In this document: in pieces, positions 37,636-45,809 of the stretch
Numbering within the stretch: the stretch's first letter is position 1
Layout: each line of letters starts with the position of its first letter
Origin: a virus
Reading direction: 5' to 3' (one strand)
Virus record (IMG/VR): IMGVR_UViG_3300025897_002116
Coordinates: 8,953 to 72,952 of that record
Length of the DNA: 64,000 nucleotides
Notes under the pieces: generated by a model
Seen by the model: the letters and a program-made list of their open reading frames with translations, nothing else
The model's database searches: none
Told to the model about the DNA's origin: nothing
Position numbers and translations under genes: made by a program

Positions 37636-37662
37636 TCAAGTAGAAACACGGAATTGGGGTTC

Positions 37663-38652
37663 CTAAGTAGAGAGGTTTTTCTTGAAAATAATCTTTCTCC
37701 AATAATTATTTAATTCACTTAGTAATAAACCAGCTTCACCAAGTTCAGAACGGTTATCGGGATATCCTATTTCTTTATCATAATCAAAATCTTCTACATC
37801 TTCTATGAATTCATACATATCAGGATTAACTCTCTTTAACTTTGGAATATCCCTTCTCCAAAGATGTGAAGGTAATTGTGTTTGGGATTTATATAAATTA
37901 TTTATATGGTCATCTGGTAGTTCGTTATCTCCTGTAAATGAATGAATCATTTTAGTTCCCATTTGTCCTATGAGTGTTTGATAAGTGGCAAGTGAAGTAT
38001 GTAGTATACCATCTTCTTTATCTAATACTAAATCAGCAGGCATATTTATAACCTTCATACTATCAAGAAGTTCTCGTAAAGAATTAACATTAACTATATA
38101 CGATTGAGCTCCTGGTGCTTCAAATCTTCTGATATGCTGTAATCTACCATTCAAATTTATTCCTCGTATTTCGGGTGTTGCTCTACCCAACCAGAGTATA
38201 TCGAATGAAAGTTTTATAATATCTTCTACCAATAGAGTGTACTCACCATCTTGAATAGAATTAATTAATGCAGTTGTTGGTCTAGCATCATCTTCTAAAA
38301 ATAAAAAATATCCTAGTGAATTTCCATTAGAATCGAATTCATTCAAAGCAATCTCATACGCCTTCTGATGAGATAATGCAACTCCAATAATATTTTTAGA
38401 AAGATTCCCTGATGGGTCTATAAATGTATCCAATCTACCAGTTTGTATCATAGATTTGATATCAAGATCTCTACCCATTATAGCATCTACAAATTCATAT
38501 TCTAAATCAGACCATTCCCAAGCTTTAGTAAATTCCTGTCTTCTATAACTATCCTTTTCGGATATTACATAAACTTTATCTGCTCCAAAATTTTGTAAGT
38601 GGGCAATATTAGTCTTTATCGACACTCTTAATTTCCTTTGGCAAGAATTCAA
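37663..38652 (-). CDS. glycosyltransferase family 25 (start uncertain)
   Basis: VYVIS...RR, FVDAI.G, GVALSH, FLEDDA, GAQSY. Confidence 0.75.
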   Translation of the reverse strand: MNSCQRKLRVSIKTNIAHLQNFGADKVYVISEKDSYRRQEFTKAWEWSDLEYEFVDAIMGRDLDIKSMIQTGRLDTFIDPSGNLSKNIIGVALSHQKAYEIALNEFDSNGNSLGYFLFLEDDARPTTALINSIQDGEYTLLVEDIIKLSFDILWLGRATPEIRGINLNGRLQHIRRFEAPGAQSYIVNVNSLRELLDSMKVINMPADLVLDKEDGILHTSLATYQTLIGQMGTKMIHSFTGDNELPDDHINNLYKSQTQLPSHLWRRDIPKLKRVNPDMYEFIEDVEDFDYDKEIGYPDNRSELGEAGLLLSELNNYWRKIIFKKNLST

Positions 38653-38836
38653 CGTTTACATGTCCGCATTTAGTACAAGCAAAAACGGGAATTGGAATAT
38701 AAGAGGGTTTTCCAGTTCCTGTAAGAAATCCTGATGCTTTTCTTATAATGATATGCTGTTCAAAATAAACTCCATTGCATTCATCACACGTAATTCCTGT
38801 TGTCTGGTTAAGATCTATGTTTAGTTGTTGTTCCAT
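38609..38836 (-). CDS. zinc-ribbon protein
   Basis: CDEC...CTKCGH. Confidence 0.7.
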   Translation of the reverse strand: MEQQLNIDLNQTTGITCDECNGVYFEQHIIIRKASGFLTGTGKPSYIPIPVFACTKCGHVNVEFLPKEIKSVDKD

Positions 38837-38842
38837 AGTTAC

Positions 38843-39022
38843 TTACTTTTTAACTATAGTCGATTTTTTAGCACGAGGCTTTCTAGGTTTTGCAGATGGT
38901 TTTTTTGTTTTTTTGATTTGTGCTGCAGCTTTGGCTTTTCGTTCAGCTGCAAACTTAGATACGACATAGATTACTAGTACAGTAGATATTAGGATTAAAC
39001 TAAAAATTGCAAATAATTTCAT
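38843..39022 (-). CDS. membrane-anchored Lys/Ala/Pro-rich basic peptide (59 aa)
   Basis: Manual translation MKLFAIFSLILISTVLVIYVVSKFAAERKAKAAAQIKKTKKPSAKPRKPRAKKSTIVKK. Confidence 0.65.
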   Translation of the reverse strand: MKLFAIFSLILISTVLVIYVVSKFAAERKAKAAAQIKKTKKPSAKPRKPRAKKSTIVKK

Positions 39023-39067
39023 AGGTGTTTTTTAAAATTTGATATAAATATATATTAATTAACTAAG

Positions 39068-39538
39068 TTAGTATTTATTTTCTAAGTAGAAATAAAAATC
39101 TAGGATAGTGCCTTTAGATTCTAAGATTTCATCATCGTACTCTTTGTCGGGAATGCCGAATTTTTTACATAAGCCTTTTTTTAGTGCTTCTAATCGTTTT
39201 GATTCTTCTTTTTCAAAATCTACGAGAAGTCTTTTTCTTCTAGCCCTTGCTAGTGAGGTTTCTTCCACCCATTTAAGTTGGTCTCGGATTGAAAGTTGGA
39301 ATTTTTCATTTAACTGGTGTTCTACTATTTCAGCTTCAAATTCAAATGGTGCATAATCAAAATCGCCATTCTCTATTCTATCAAGAATAGGCGCGTTTGC
39401 CGGTAAAGGTTTAGTTTTTGCCGTAAAACTTCTCCACCACATAAATCGATCATATGGCTTTTTATAGTAATTTTTTTTAAAGTATCTTTCTAACCAAGTT
39501 AATTTATGGGTAGGACTATAAGGTAATGAAATATCCAT
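39068..39538 (-). CDS. hypothetical phage protein
   Basis: 156 aa ORF. Confidence 0.7.
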   Translation of the reverse strand: MDISLPYSPTHKLTWLERYFKKNYYKKPYDRFMWWRSFTAKTKPLPANAPILDRIENGDFDYAPFEFEAEIVEHQLNEKFQLSIRDQLKWVEETSLARARRKRLLVDFEKEESKRLEALKKGLCKKFGIPDKEYDDEILESKGTILDFYFYLENKY

Positions 39539-39552
39539 ATCTAAATATAGTA

Positions 39553-39996
39553 TTAAATTTTTAAAAATCCAACTTTTTCAAAGAATTTCTGTCCTCTTAT
39601 ATTATCTTTAACGCAATAAAGTCTAATATCTTTACCTACATGATAGCAAACATAATTACAGAAATCATGGGAGTCACCGTGTATTCTCTTTTTTGAGACA
39701 AACATATTATAGAGGTAATTATTATCAAACCAAACATAGCCGAGAACATTATTATTCTCCTTTAAAACAAACATTAAATTGTTTTTTTGAAATCTATGTT
39801 TGGCTTCTTCAACATTAAACATTCCTGCCCATTGTATTTCTGAGTTGAATAAGTCAATGCATTTTTGGACTAGATGGAGATCATCAGGTTCTACTTGTTG
39901 AACATTTAAATTAGGTCTAAGTGTAGGTGCTTTAAAAACCTCTTTATCGGCAATGTACCAAATTTTTTTTGTAGGATCTTCAACAAGTGGAAACAT
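39553..39996 (-). CDS. GNAT acetyltransferase
   Basis: LGYVWF, LYNMFVSK.R..G, N.RG.KFFEKVGF. Confidence 0.75.
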   Translation of the reverse strand: MFPLVEDPTKKIWYIADKEVFKAPTLRPNLNVQQVEPDDLHLVQKCIDLFNSEIQWAGMFNVEEAKHRFQKNNLMFVLKENNNVLGYVWFDNNYLYNMFVSKKRIHGDSHDFCNYVCYHVGKDIRLYCVKDNIRGQKFFEKVGFLKI

Positions 39997-40169
39997 TACT
40001 TAGTCTTTTGTAGTATTTCAAGAGCGCGTTGTATTTCTTCAGTTGTGTATTCTAAGAGAATTTGATAAGCTCGTCGATCATCTACTTTTCGTTTAAAGTC
40101 TTTTGATTCGCTTTGATGACTTGAAAGTCTATTTTGTCTATCATGCCAGGCTGTAATTGTATCACTCAT
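39996..40169 (-). CDS. small hypothetical protein (57 aa, MSDTITAWHDRQ...)
   Basis: Manual translation; TAATG overlap with the GNAT gene; promoter motif at 40167-40225. Confidence 0.6.
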   Translation of the reverse strand: MSDTITAWHDRQNRLSSHQSESKDFKRKVDDRRAYQILLEYTTEEIQRALEILQKTK

Positions 40170-40226
40170 AACTTTCTATTTTTATATTTACTTAAAGATA
40201 GTATAATTTAACCAGAAAACCAACTA

Positions 40227-40727
40227 TTACAAGTTTTTATTATGAACTAAAATACCATTAGCAAAAAAATTACTATTGTCTTCTACATGAAAAATATAAG
40301 TCTGTACTGGTTCTCTCTCCTGTTCTTCTAAGTCTACAAGTTTTACATTCTCTAGTTCCAAATCAATTAAACTATCTCCTACTTTAAGTTGATTAATTTC
40401 GGAGGTAAAAGTGTATCTTGCTGATGTTAGGTTTGGTTTATAAGATGCTAGGTGTTTACCCTCAACATAGTATGGATGATCAAATGTAGAAATTATTTCA
40501 ATATCATTTTCTAATATCAATTTGATTAAGTCATTATGTATAGAGGTAGAAACTTCTATTACTTCTTTAACTTCTATTTCTTGAGTTTTTTCGTTATAAG
40601 AGAGAACAAAATCACCTATTCTAATGTCCTCTATGTACTTAGTATAGTAATCCTCCATGGTAACCTCTGTACCTGCTACAAAGCAAAGTTTATTGGACAT
40701 TTGTTTACTATTTAAAAATTTTTCCAT
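40227..40727 (-). CDS. stand-alone Hint (BIL/intein-like) domain protein; alternative start 40700
   Basis: CFVAGT...IEDIRIGD.V...ST.DHP...NFFANGILVHN. Confidence 0.9.
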   Translation of the reverse strand: MEKFLNSKQMSNKLCFVAGTEVTMEDYYTKYIEDIRIGDFVLSYNEKTQEIEVKEVIEVSTSIHNDLIKLILENDIEIISTFDHPYYVEGKHLASYKPNLTSARYTFTSEINQLKVGDSLIDLELENVKLVDLEEQEREPVQTYIFHVEDNSNFFANGILVHNKNL

Positions 40728-40809
40728 TTATATCTATTAAATTTTTGAAATATTTACACTTGCTTTAAGGAAATAAAACAGTCTGCACTATACTTTTCAT
40801 ATGCTACTT

Positions 40810-41952
40810 TCAAATTAAACTTTTTGCTTTCTTTTTTAAATCTTTATTTTTTACTTGTATTACTATTTGGTATTTAGTTCCTTCTTCTACTTTATCATAT
40901 GTCATATGCTGCCAAGGTTTATAAATATATACATCTCCTTGTTTAATCTTACAAACAGCGCATCCTCCTTCTTTACTTCGTTCCCAACTTTCTTCTGCAA
41001 TAAGGTTACCTCCTTTGAAATTATCATTTAAGTATATATCAATACTCATACATAGTTGTTCAGGGGCAGATAAAGGCATTCCTTTAGTAGTCATAACATG
41101 TCTATCGTATTTATCTCCTTCTTTGTATCTGAATAGACTGATATCTAAATCATTAAAATTAACATTATTAAACTCTTTAAATATTTTCTCACTAATGATA
41201 CTATTTAATCTTTGATTAGATTTAATTTTTGGTACATATCCAAATCCTCTAGAATGCACTACTCCTTTTACTAAAGCTGAAGTTTTATGATCTTTTAAAT
41301 CGTTAATATTATCTTCTAGAAGTTCATTACAAAGATCTTGAGGTATTATATTAGTTAATTTACGAAAAAGAGGAGTGCAAACAAACTCTTTACCTACATA
41401 ATAAGTCCAACATACTTCTTTATAGTCTCTCATAAATTTAGGATAAGATTTGAGAGAGTCTTTCTTGAAATGATATATCTTTTTGTTTAAAAGTTTATCT
41501 TTTTTTAATCTAGCATATTCATATATCGATAAACAACAGTTTTGGTTAGCTATAGATTTAGCTGCTTCTTCAAACTTACCGTAACTTCTATCTTTATATG
41601 TATCCATAAAGATACCATCATACTTAATGCCTTTCTCTGCTAATGTAGGTATTACTTCAGTCCAGTCACCAAATAAGATAGTAACATTTGACTTACCTAT
41701 AGCCCATTCTAACGCTTTTTCATAAATCTGAGGGTTTATTTCTATACAGGTGTAGTGGTTTGCAAGTTCTGACATTTTATTTGCCGAGAATCCCATTCCG
41801 AATCCAACATCAAGAACGTTGCCTCCATTTTCACAAACTACGTTTGAATACATATCCATCAGAGATTTGGATATAGAATCCATTACAATGGAACGATTAT
41901 TATTTTTTAGGTAAATTGTTTTACCTGTAAATACTACCTCTTTATCTCTCAT
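40810..41952 (-). CDS. SAM methyltransferase (GAMT/RMT2-like) fused to a 2OG-Fe(II) oxygenase-like domain
   Basis: VLDVGFGMG, IEINP, GDW, DGIFMDT; C-terminal half Y..GD...H, YLNDNFKGG, H...V..G. Confidence 0.8.
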   Translation of the reverse strand: MRDKEVVFTGKTIYLKNNNRSIVMDSISKSLMDMYSNVVCENGGNVLDVGFGMGFSANKMSELANHYTCIEINPQIYEKALEWAIGKSNVTILFGDWTEVIPTLAEKGIKYDGIFMDTYKDRSYGKFEEAAKSIANQNCCLSIYEYARLKKDKLLNKKIYHFKKDSLKSYPKFMRDYKEVCWTYYVGKEFVCTPLFRKLTNIIPQDLCNELLEDNINDLKDHKTSALVKGVVHSRGFGYVPKIKSNQRLNSIISEKIFKEFNNVNFNDLDISLFRYKEGDKYDRHVMTTKGMPLSAPEQLCMSIDIYLNDNFKGGNLIAEESWERSKEGGCAVCKIKQGDVYIYKPWQHMTYDKVEEGTKYQIVIQVKNKDLKKKAKSLI

Positions 41953-42473
41953 ATTAAACTTGTATCTAATTTTAATCGCGTTTTTGATATTCCTATTTGG
42001 AATATTTCAATATTATGTGGGAGTTCAATTACGAATTTTATAATATTAGAAACTTCTGAGAATTTTAGTTTTTGATTTTTTACTAACTTAGCACTCTCTA
42101 ATGTATTAGGGTATACATTTATAATACGAACTTCCTTTTCTATATCTCGTAATTCAAATGTTTTTTGTTCTAAATGTTTTTTATCCTCAATATACTTTTG
42201 ATTAGGGCCTCCAAATATTAATGCAGATGTTAGTATATTAATTATAGTTTTAGGTTTATATTTCCACTCTTTATAAACAAGTTCAAATAAATCAGATTGT
42301 AATTTATCTTTATATTCATTATTAATAAATACATCATACTCGTTTATCACATTTGAAAAGTAATGTGCATACGAATCAGTAGTACTTAGGGAATCAGCTT
42401 TATGACCATTTGAAGAGAGATGATCTTTTATATTCTTTCCCAATCCATAATTTCCTGTAACTAATATTTTCAT
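41949..42473 (-). CDS. short SDR/Rossmann-like protein
   Basis: ILVTG..GLG, DVFINN, IINI, Y...K. Confidence 0.75.
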   Translation of the reverse strand: MKILVTGNYGLGKNIKDHLSSNGHKADSLSTTDSYAHYFSNVINEYDVFINNEYKDKLQSDLFELVYKEWKYKPKTIINILTSALIFGGPNQKYIEDKKHLEQKTFELRDIEKEVRIINVYPNTLESAKLVKNQKLKFSEVSNIIKFVIELPHNIEIFQIGISKTRLKLDTSLI

Positions 42474-42485
42474 ACCATAAAGGTA

Positions 42486-42980
42486 TTACAGTAGTGGGTT
42501 TTTTAAATCTAAATGTTCGTAAAAGTAGAACCCGATTAAACTCCATCGATTTCCCTTAGTAACTTCTAAGACTTCGTGTTCTAATGAATGTTTAAAAGTG
42601 TAAAGGGAACCTGTATTTTTTGGTAGTATCTGGTATTTCGGTTGGTGTATAACAAAATCACCTCCTTCGTAATCTTCATTTAAAGAAGCTCCTATATTAT
42701 AAATCTGATTATCATAATAGATATCTCTATGTCTACCGAACTTGTCACCAACGGAATAGTTAAACATATGAATAGCATCTAAACTTTTAACAACTTTAAT
42801 TCCAGTTGTTTCAGTAAAGTAAGAATCCATTCTATCAAAAATCCACCGTATATATTGATTCCACCCAATAGAATAAAAATTATAACTAATAGGACGTGGG
42901 TATTCATTCCTCTCTGTCTTTTGTAACTTAGCCGAAAGTTTTATAATAGCATCACATTCTTGTTTATTAAATGAAATCAT
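42486..42980 (-). CDS. 2OG-Fe(II) oxygenase (prolyl-hydroxylase-like)
   Basis: F.K.EC, Y..GD.F..HRD, LNEDYEGG, HEV..VTKG.RWS. Confidence 0.88.
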   Translation of the reverse strand: MISFNKQECDAIIKLSAKLQKTERNEYPRPISYNFYSIGWNQYIRWIFDRMDSYFTETTGIKVVKSLDAIHMFNYSVGDKFGRHRDIYYDNQIYNIGASLNEDYEGGDFVIHQPKYQILPKNTGSLYTFKHSLEHEVLEVTKGNRWSLIGFYFYEHLDLKNPLL

Positions 42981-43123
42981 CAAAGATGCTTAGCACTAAA
43001 TAATTCAAAAAATTTAGTTACAGTTCGTCTAATTTGAGATTTTTCAGTATCAGTCAATACTTGTACAGTTCGATTTTGAACATTAGTATTTGATACTTTT
43101 TTGTATAATGTTGGTTTTTTCAT
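42980..43123 (-). CDS. small basic protein (47 aa) in the ATP-grasp/Hint operon
   Basis: Manual translation MKKPTLYKKVSNTNVQNRTVQVLTDTEKSQIRRTVTKFFELFSAKHL; TGATG overlap with the next gene. Confidence 0.7.
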   Translation of the reverse strand: MKKPTLYKKVSNTNVQNRTVQVLTDTEKSQIRRTVTKFFELFSAKHL

Positions 43124-43131
43124 ACTATTAA

Positions 43132-45450
43132 TTATTTATTGTGCACTAATATTCCGTTAGCGTAAAAATTTCTATTATCTTCAACGGAAAAAATATAAGT
43201 TTGAGTTGGTACAACTGGTAGTTCCGTTATACTCAAAATAGTAGTTTCAATATCACTATCTAATGTGTATACCGTATCACCAACTTTTATCTGAGAAACT
43301 TCTAACGGTAAGTCATATCTTTCGTTTGTTAACTTAGGAGCATACGATGCAAGTTCTAAATTATTTACATAGAATGGGTGGTCATGTGTAGATATAACTT
43401 CTGTTTGATTTGAAAAAGTATATTTAACCAAATCATCATGTACTGGTGATTCAGTATCTAATACATTCTTATCTTGATGTATTCCAGTTTTTTCATTATA
43501 CGTTAAGACTGTATCACCAACTACTACGTCTTCTATGTTTTTTTCATCTCCATTGGATAACATAATTGAAGTTCCTGCAATAAAACAATACCTATTATGT
43601 ACCAATACCTTATTTGCAAAAAAGTTATGATTTACTTCTACTGTCTTTACATTGTAAACAGCAGTTGGTTCTGTTAGTATTTCGGTTGATAATATTGTTA
43701 ATTCTGAACCATCTTGTTTAAATACTTTGAATCCTTCTTCTGCTTTTGTTGTAGTAAGATTGTATACACCTGTAGTGTAATCTGGGTCCATAGATACCCA
43801 TCCTTTTTCTTTTGAATATAATGGATGATCTAACGTTGATTCTATAATACTGTTATCTTCAAATGTGTATTTTACAGTTGTATTTACCAATTTGGATCCG
43901 ATTCCTTTAACTAAGTGCGGCTCTACTACATTAGTAGCAAAATTAAAAGACAAAACAGAATCTCCTATTTTAATATCTTCTACTAATTTATACTCGCCAT
44001 TTGCTAAGGTAATTTCAGTTCCTGCTACAAAACAAGGAGCGTTGTGTGATACGATGGCTTGAAAAGAAGTAGACCCACTTATGATATATGTATCAGTATC
44101 TTCAACATCTAACTCAACAATTTTCAAACCAGTATCGGATGTTACATAAAAGTTAACCTCGTCTATATCAATAATATTACCGTTTAAATCAAAGAAATAA
44201 TCATCATCCGGGTTTAGATATTGGGTAGGTTTATATGCTGTTTGATTTGAAGAAGAATTATAGACTAACCACTGTTTACCGGTGCCGGTGAATTTAGAAT
44301 CTGAATCGATTACAACTTCCATAAGTGCATTATAAGTTGAATCTCTTTCTACTTTAAATACAACTTGTGATGATGTTATGAATGATCCAGATGGTAATTC
44401 GTTACCTTCAAAATTCCAAGCTAGTAATGTGGAATCGGATTCAACTTGTGGTGAACCAGAAATAAAATACGATGATACAAAGTCTCCGACTTCCGTATCT
44501 CCTATTTCGGTGAAAGTACCGTCTACCATTTGTATTTTATGAGTAGACAATATACCAGATGATCCTGCTTTTATAAAGTTTGTAGCAAACTCATAATAAT
44601 GAATATCTGATAGCTTATTAATGTACCTTGTTGTGTCCACTTCAGATGATATGTCAGCAGGTAATTCAAATATAGAACTTATCTTATAACTATGTAGTGT
44701 TACTACACTTAAATCACTCCCATACACTATTTGAAAAGATCTTACAGATGTTATGTGGCCATTATCATCGGTATTAGACGTATTATAGTGATATTGGAGG
44801 ATTAATTTATCATCTCCTTTAATTTCCTCTACAAATGAATTCCATCTATCTTCGTTTGACTCATTTTCTACTGTAGAACCTATTTTATAGAAACTAATAG
44901 GGTTATATACTTCGGTTATATCCTTTATAGCAACATCTGGAATATTAGATGGGTTAATAGTTGATTCTAGTGTATTTGTAATTGAATCAGATCCAGAGTA
45001 ATAATGTGAAACTACAAAACTACCGCTATCAGTTGAATCACTTGAATCAAATAAACTAAGTAGCTCTAATGTGCTTTTACAGTATACACTATCAAATAAA
45101 GCAGATTCATCATATGCTAACCTTAATATAAATTTATCATCTGAATCTTCTATACTTTCTGGGTATATTGTGTTTAAATCCTCTGGATGTAGAACTATAT
45201 TATCAGCAAGTGATGGAATACTTGTGGTTATAGCAGTAGATATCGCAGAAACTATCTCATTGTGAAAAACTGGTTTGTAAGTAATATGTAACTCAGCTAT
45301 GTCATTTGTAGTAAGGATTTCAGCAAATTCAGTAAAATTAAAATTTGACAATTCATTACCGACTATACTAGTATCTGTGTTTATTTCTAATAACCTAAGA
45401 TTTCCATTACTGTCTTTTGCAAAATCTGCAGAAAAAAATGTGCCTTTCAT
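43132..45450 (-). CDS. circularly permuted ATP-grasp-like domain fused to three tandem Hint domains
   Basis: N-terminal SADF...LLEINTD, later PDVAIK, LILQY, VRS; three Hint units each ending HN (aa ~299-470, 473-619, 622-771). Confidence 0.8.
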   Translation of the reverse strand: MKGTFFSADFAKDSNGNLRLLEINTDTSIVGNELSNFNFTEFAEILTTNDIAELHITYKPVFHNEIVSAISTAITTSIPSLADNIVLHPEDLNTIYPESIEDSDDKFILRLAYDESALFDSVYCKSTLELLSLFDSSDSTDSGSFVVSHYYSGSDSITNTLESTINPSNIPDVAIKDITEVYNPISFYKIGSTVENESNEDRWNSFVEEIKGDDKLILQYHYNTSNTDDNGHITSVRSFQIVYGSDLSVVTLHSYKISSIFELPADISSEVDTTRYINKLSDIHYYEFATNFIKAGSSGILSTHKIQMVDGTFTEIGDTEVGDFVSSYFISGSPQVESDSTLLAWNFEGNELPSGSFITSSQVVFKVERDSTYNALMEVVIDSDSKFTGTGKQWLVYNSSSNQTAYKPTQYLNPDDDYFFDLNGNIIDIDEVNFYVTSDTGLKIVELDVEDTDTYIISGSTSFQAIVSHNAPCFVAGTEITLANGEYKLVEDIKIGDSVLSFNFATNVVEPHLVKGIGSKLVNTTVKYTFEDNSIIESTLDHPLYSKEKGWVSMDPDYTTGVYNLTTTKAEEGFKVFKQDGSELTILSTEILTEPTAVYNVKTVEVNHNFFANKVLVHNRYCFIAGTSIMLSNGDEKNIEDVVVGDTVLTYNEKTGIHQDKNVLDTESPVHDDLVKYTFSNQTEVISTHDHPFYVNNLELASYAPKLTNERYDLPLEVSQIKVGDTVYTLDSDIETTILSITELPVVPTQTYIFSVEDNRNFYANGILVHNK

Positions 45451-45467
45451 GTAGTAAGTATTTTAAA

Positions 45468-45475
45468 ATAAATAG
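45468..45475 (-). promoter_or_regulatory. putative late promoter CTATTTAT
   Basis: 17 nt upstream of the 772-aa gene start. Confidence 0.55.
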
Positions 45476-45519
45476 AAGTATTTTCAGTAATACCTACTGA
45501 TCTGTTAGTCTTTTTTACC

Positions 45520-45611
45520 ATAGTCACCGTATAAGCATTCTACTCCCCGCTATACAGAAATTGTATCTTACTTAGCCCTACTGTGCGGTATGGGTACTTA
45601 AGGGTAACTAT
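45520..45611 (-). ncRNA. candidate structured RNA (~92 nt irregular hairpin)
   Basis: AUAGUUACC/GGUGACUAU, UAAGUA/UGCUUA, CCGC/GCGG, AUACA/UGUAU; G-U pairs valid only on the minus strand. Confidence 0.5.
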
Positions 45612-45622
45612 CTTTAATTAAT

Positions 45623-45790
45623 TTATTTGTTTTCCTCTACGGAAGCGGCACGGTAAGCTGTAATCAACTTTTTTATTTCACCTGCGAATTTGCGAGCTCT
45701 CTGTTGAGACGCTTTAGTAGTGCCGGAATTGTTTTCTGCTAATCCGTTAAAATTAGACTGTATTTCTTCAAATAACTCTTGTTTGTTCAT
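45623..45790 (-). CDS. histone H1-like Hc1 family small protein (55 aa)
   Basis: Manual translation contains TKASQQRARKFAGEIKKLITAYRAASV, matching the KAA..RARK...E..K....R..S pattern. Confidence 0.7.
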   Translation of the reverse strand: MNKQELFEEIQSNFNGLAENNSGTTKASQQRARKFAGEIKKLITAYRAASVEENK

Positions 45791-45809
45791 AATTTTTAAT
45801 TTAATTGTT

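Noticed and set aside
43132-44556. Classical mobile inteins interrupting a host gene
   Set aside because: No homing endonuclease, no +1 Cys/Ser/Thr, and no C-extein beyond 1-2 residues
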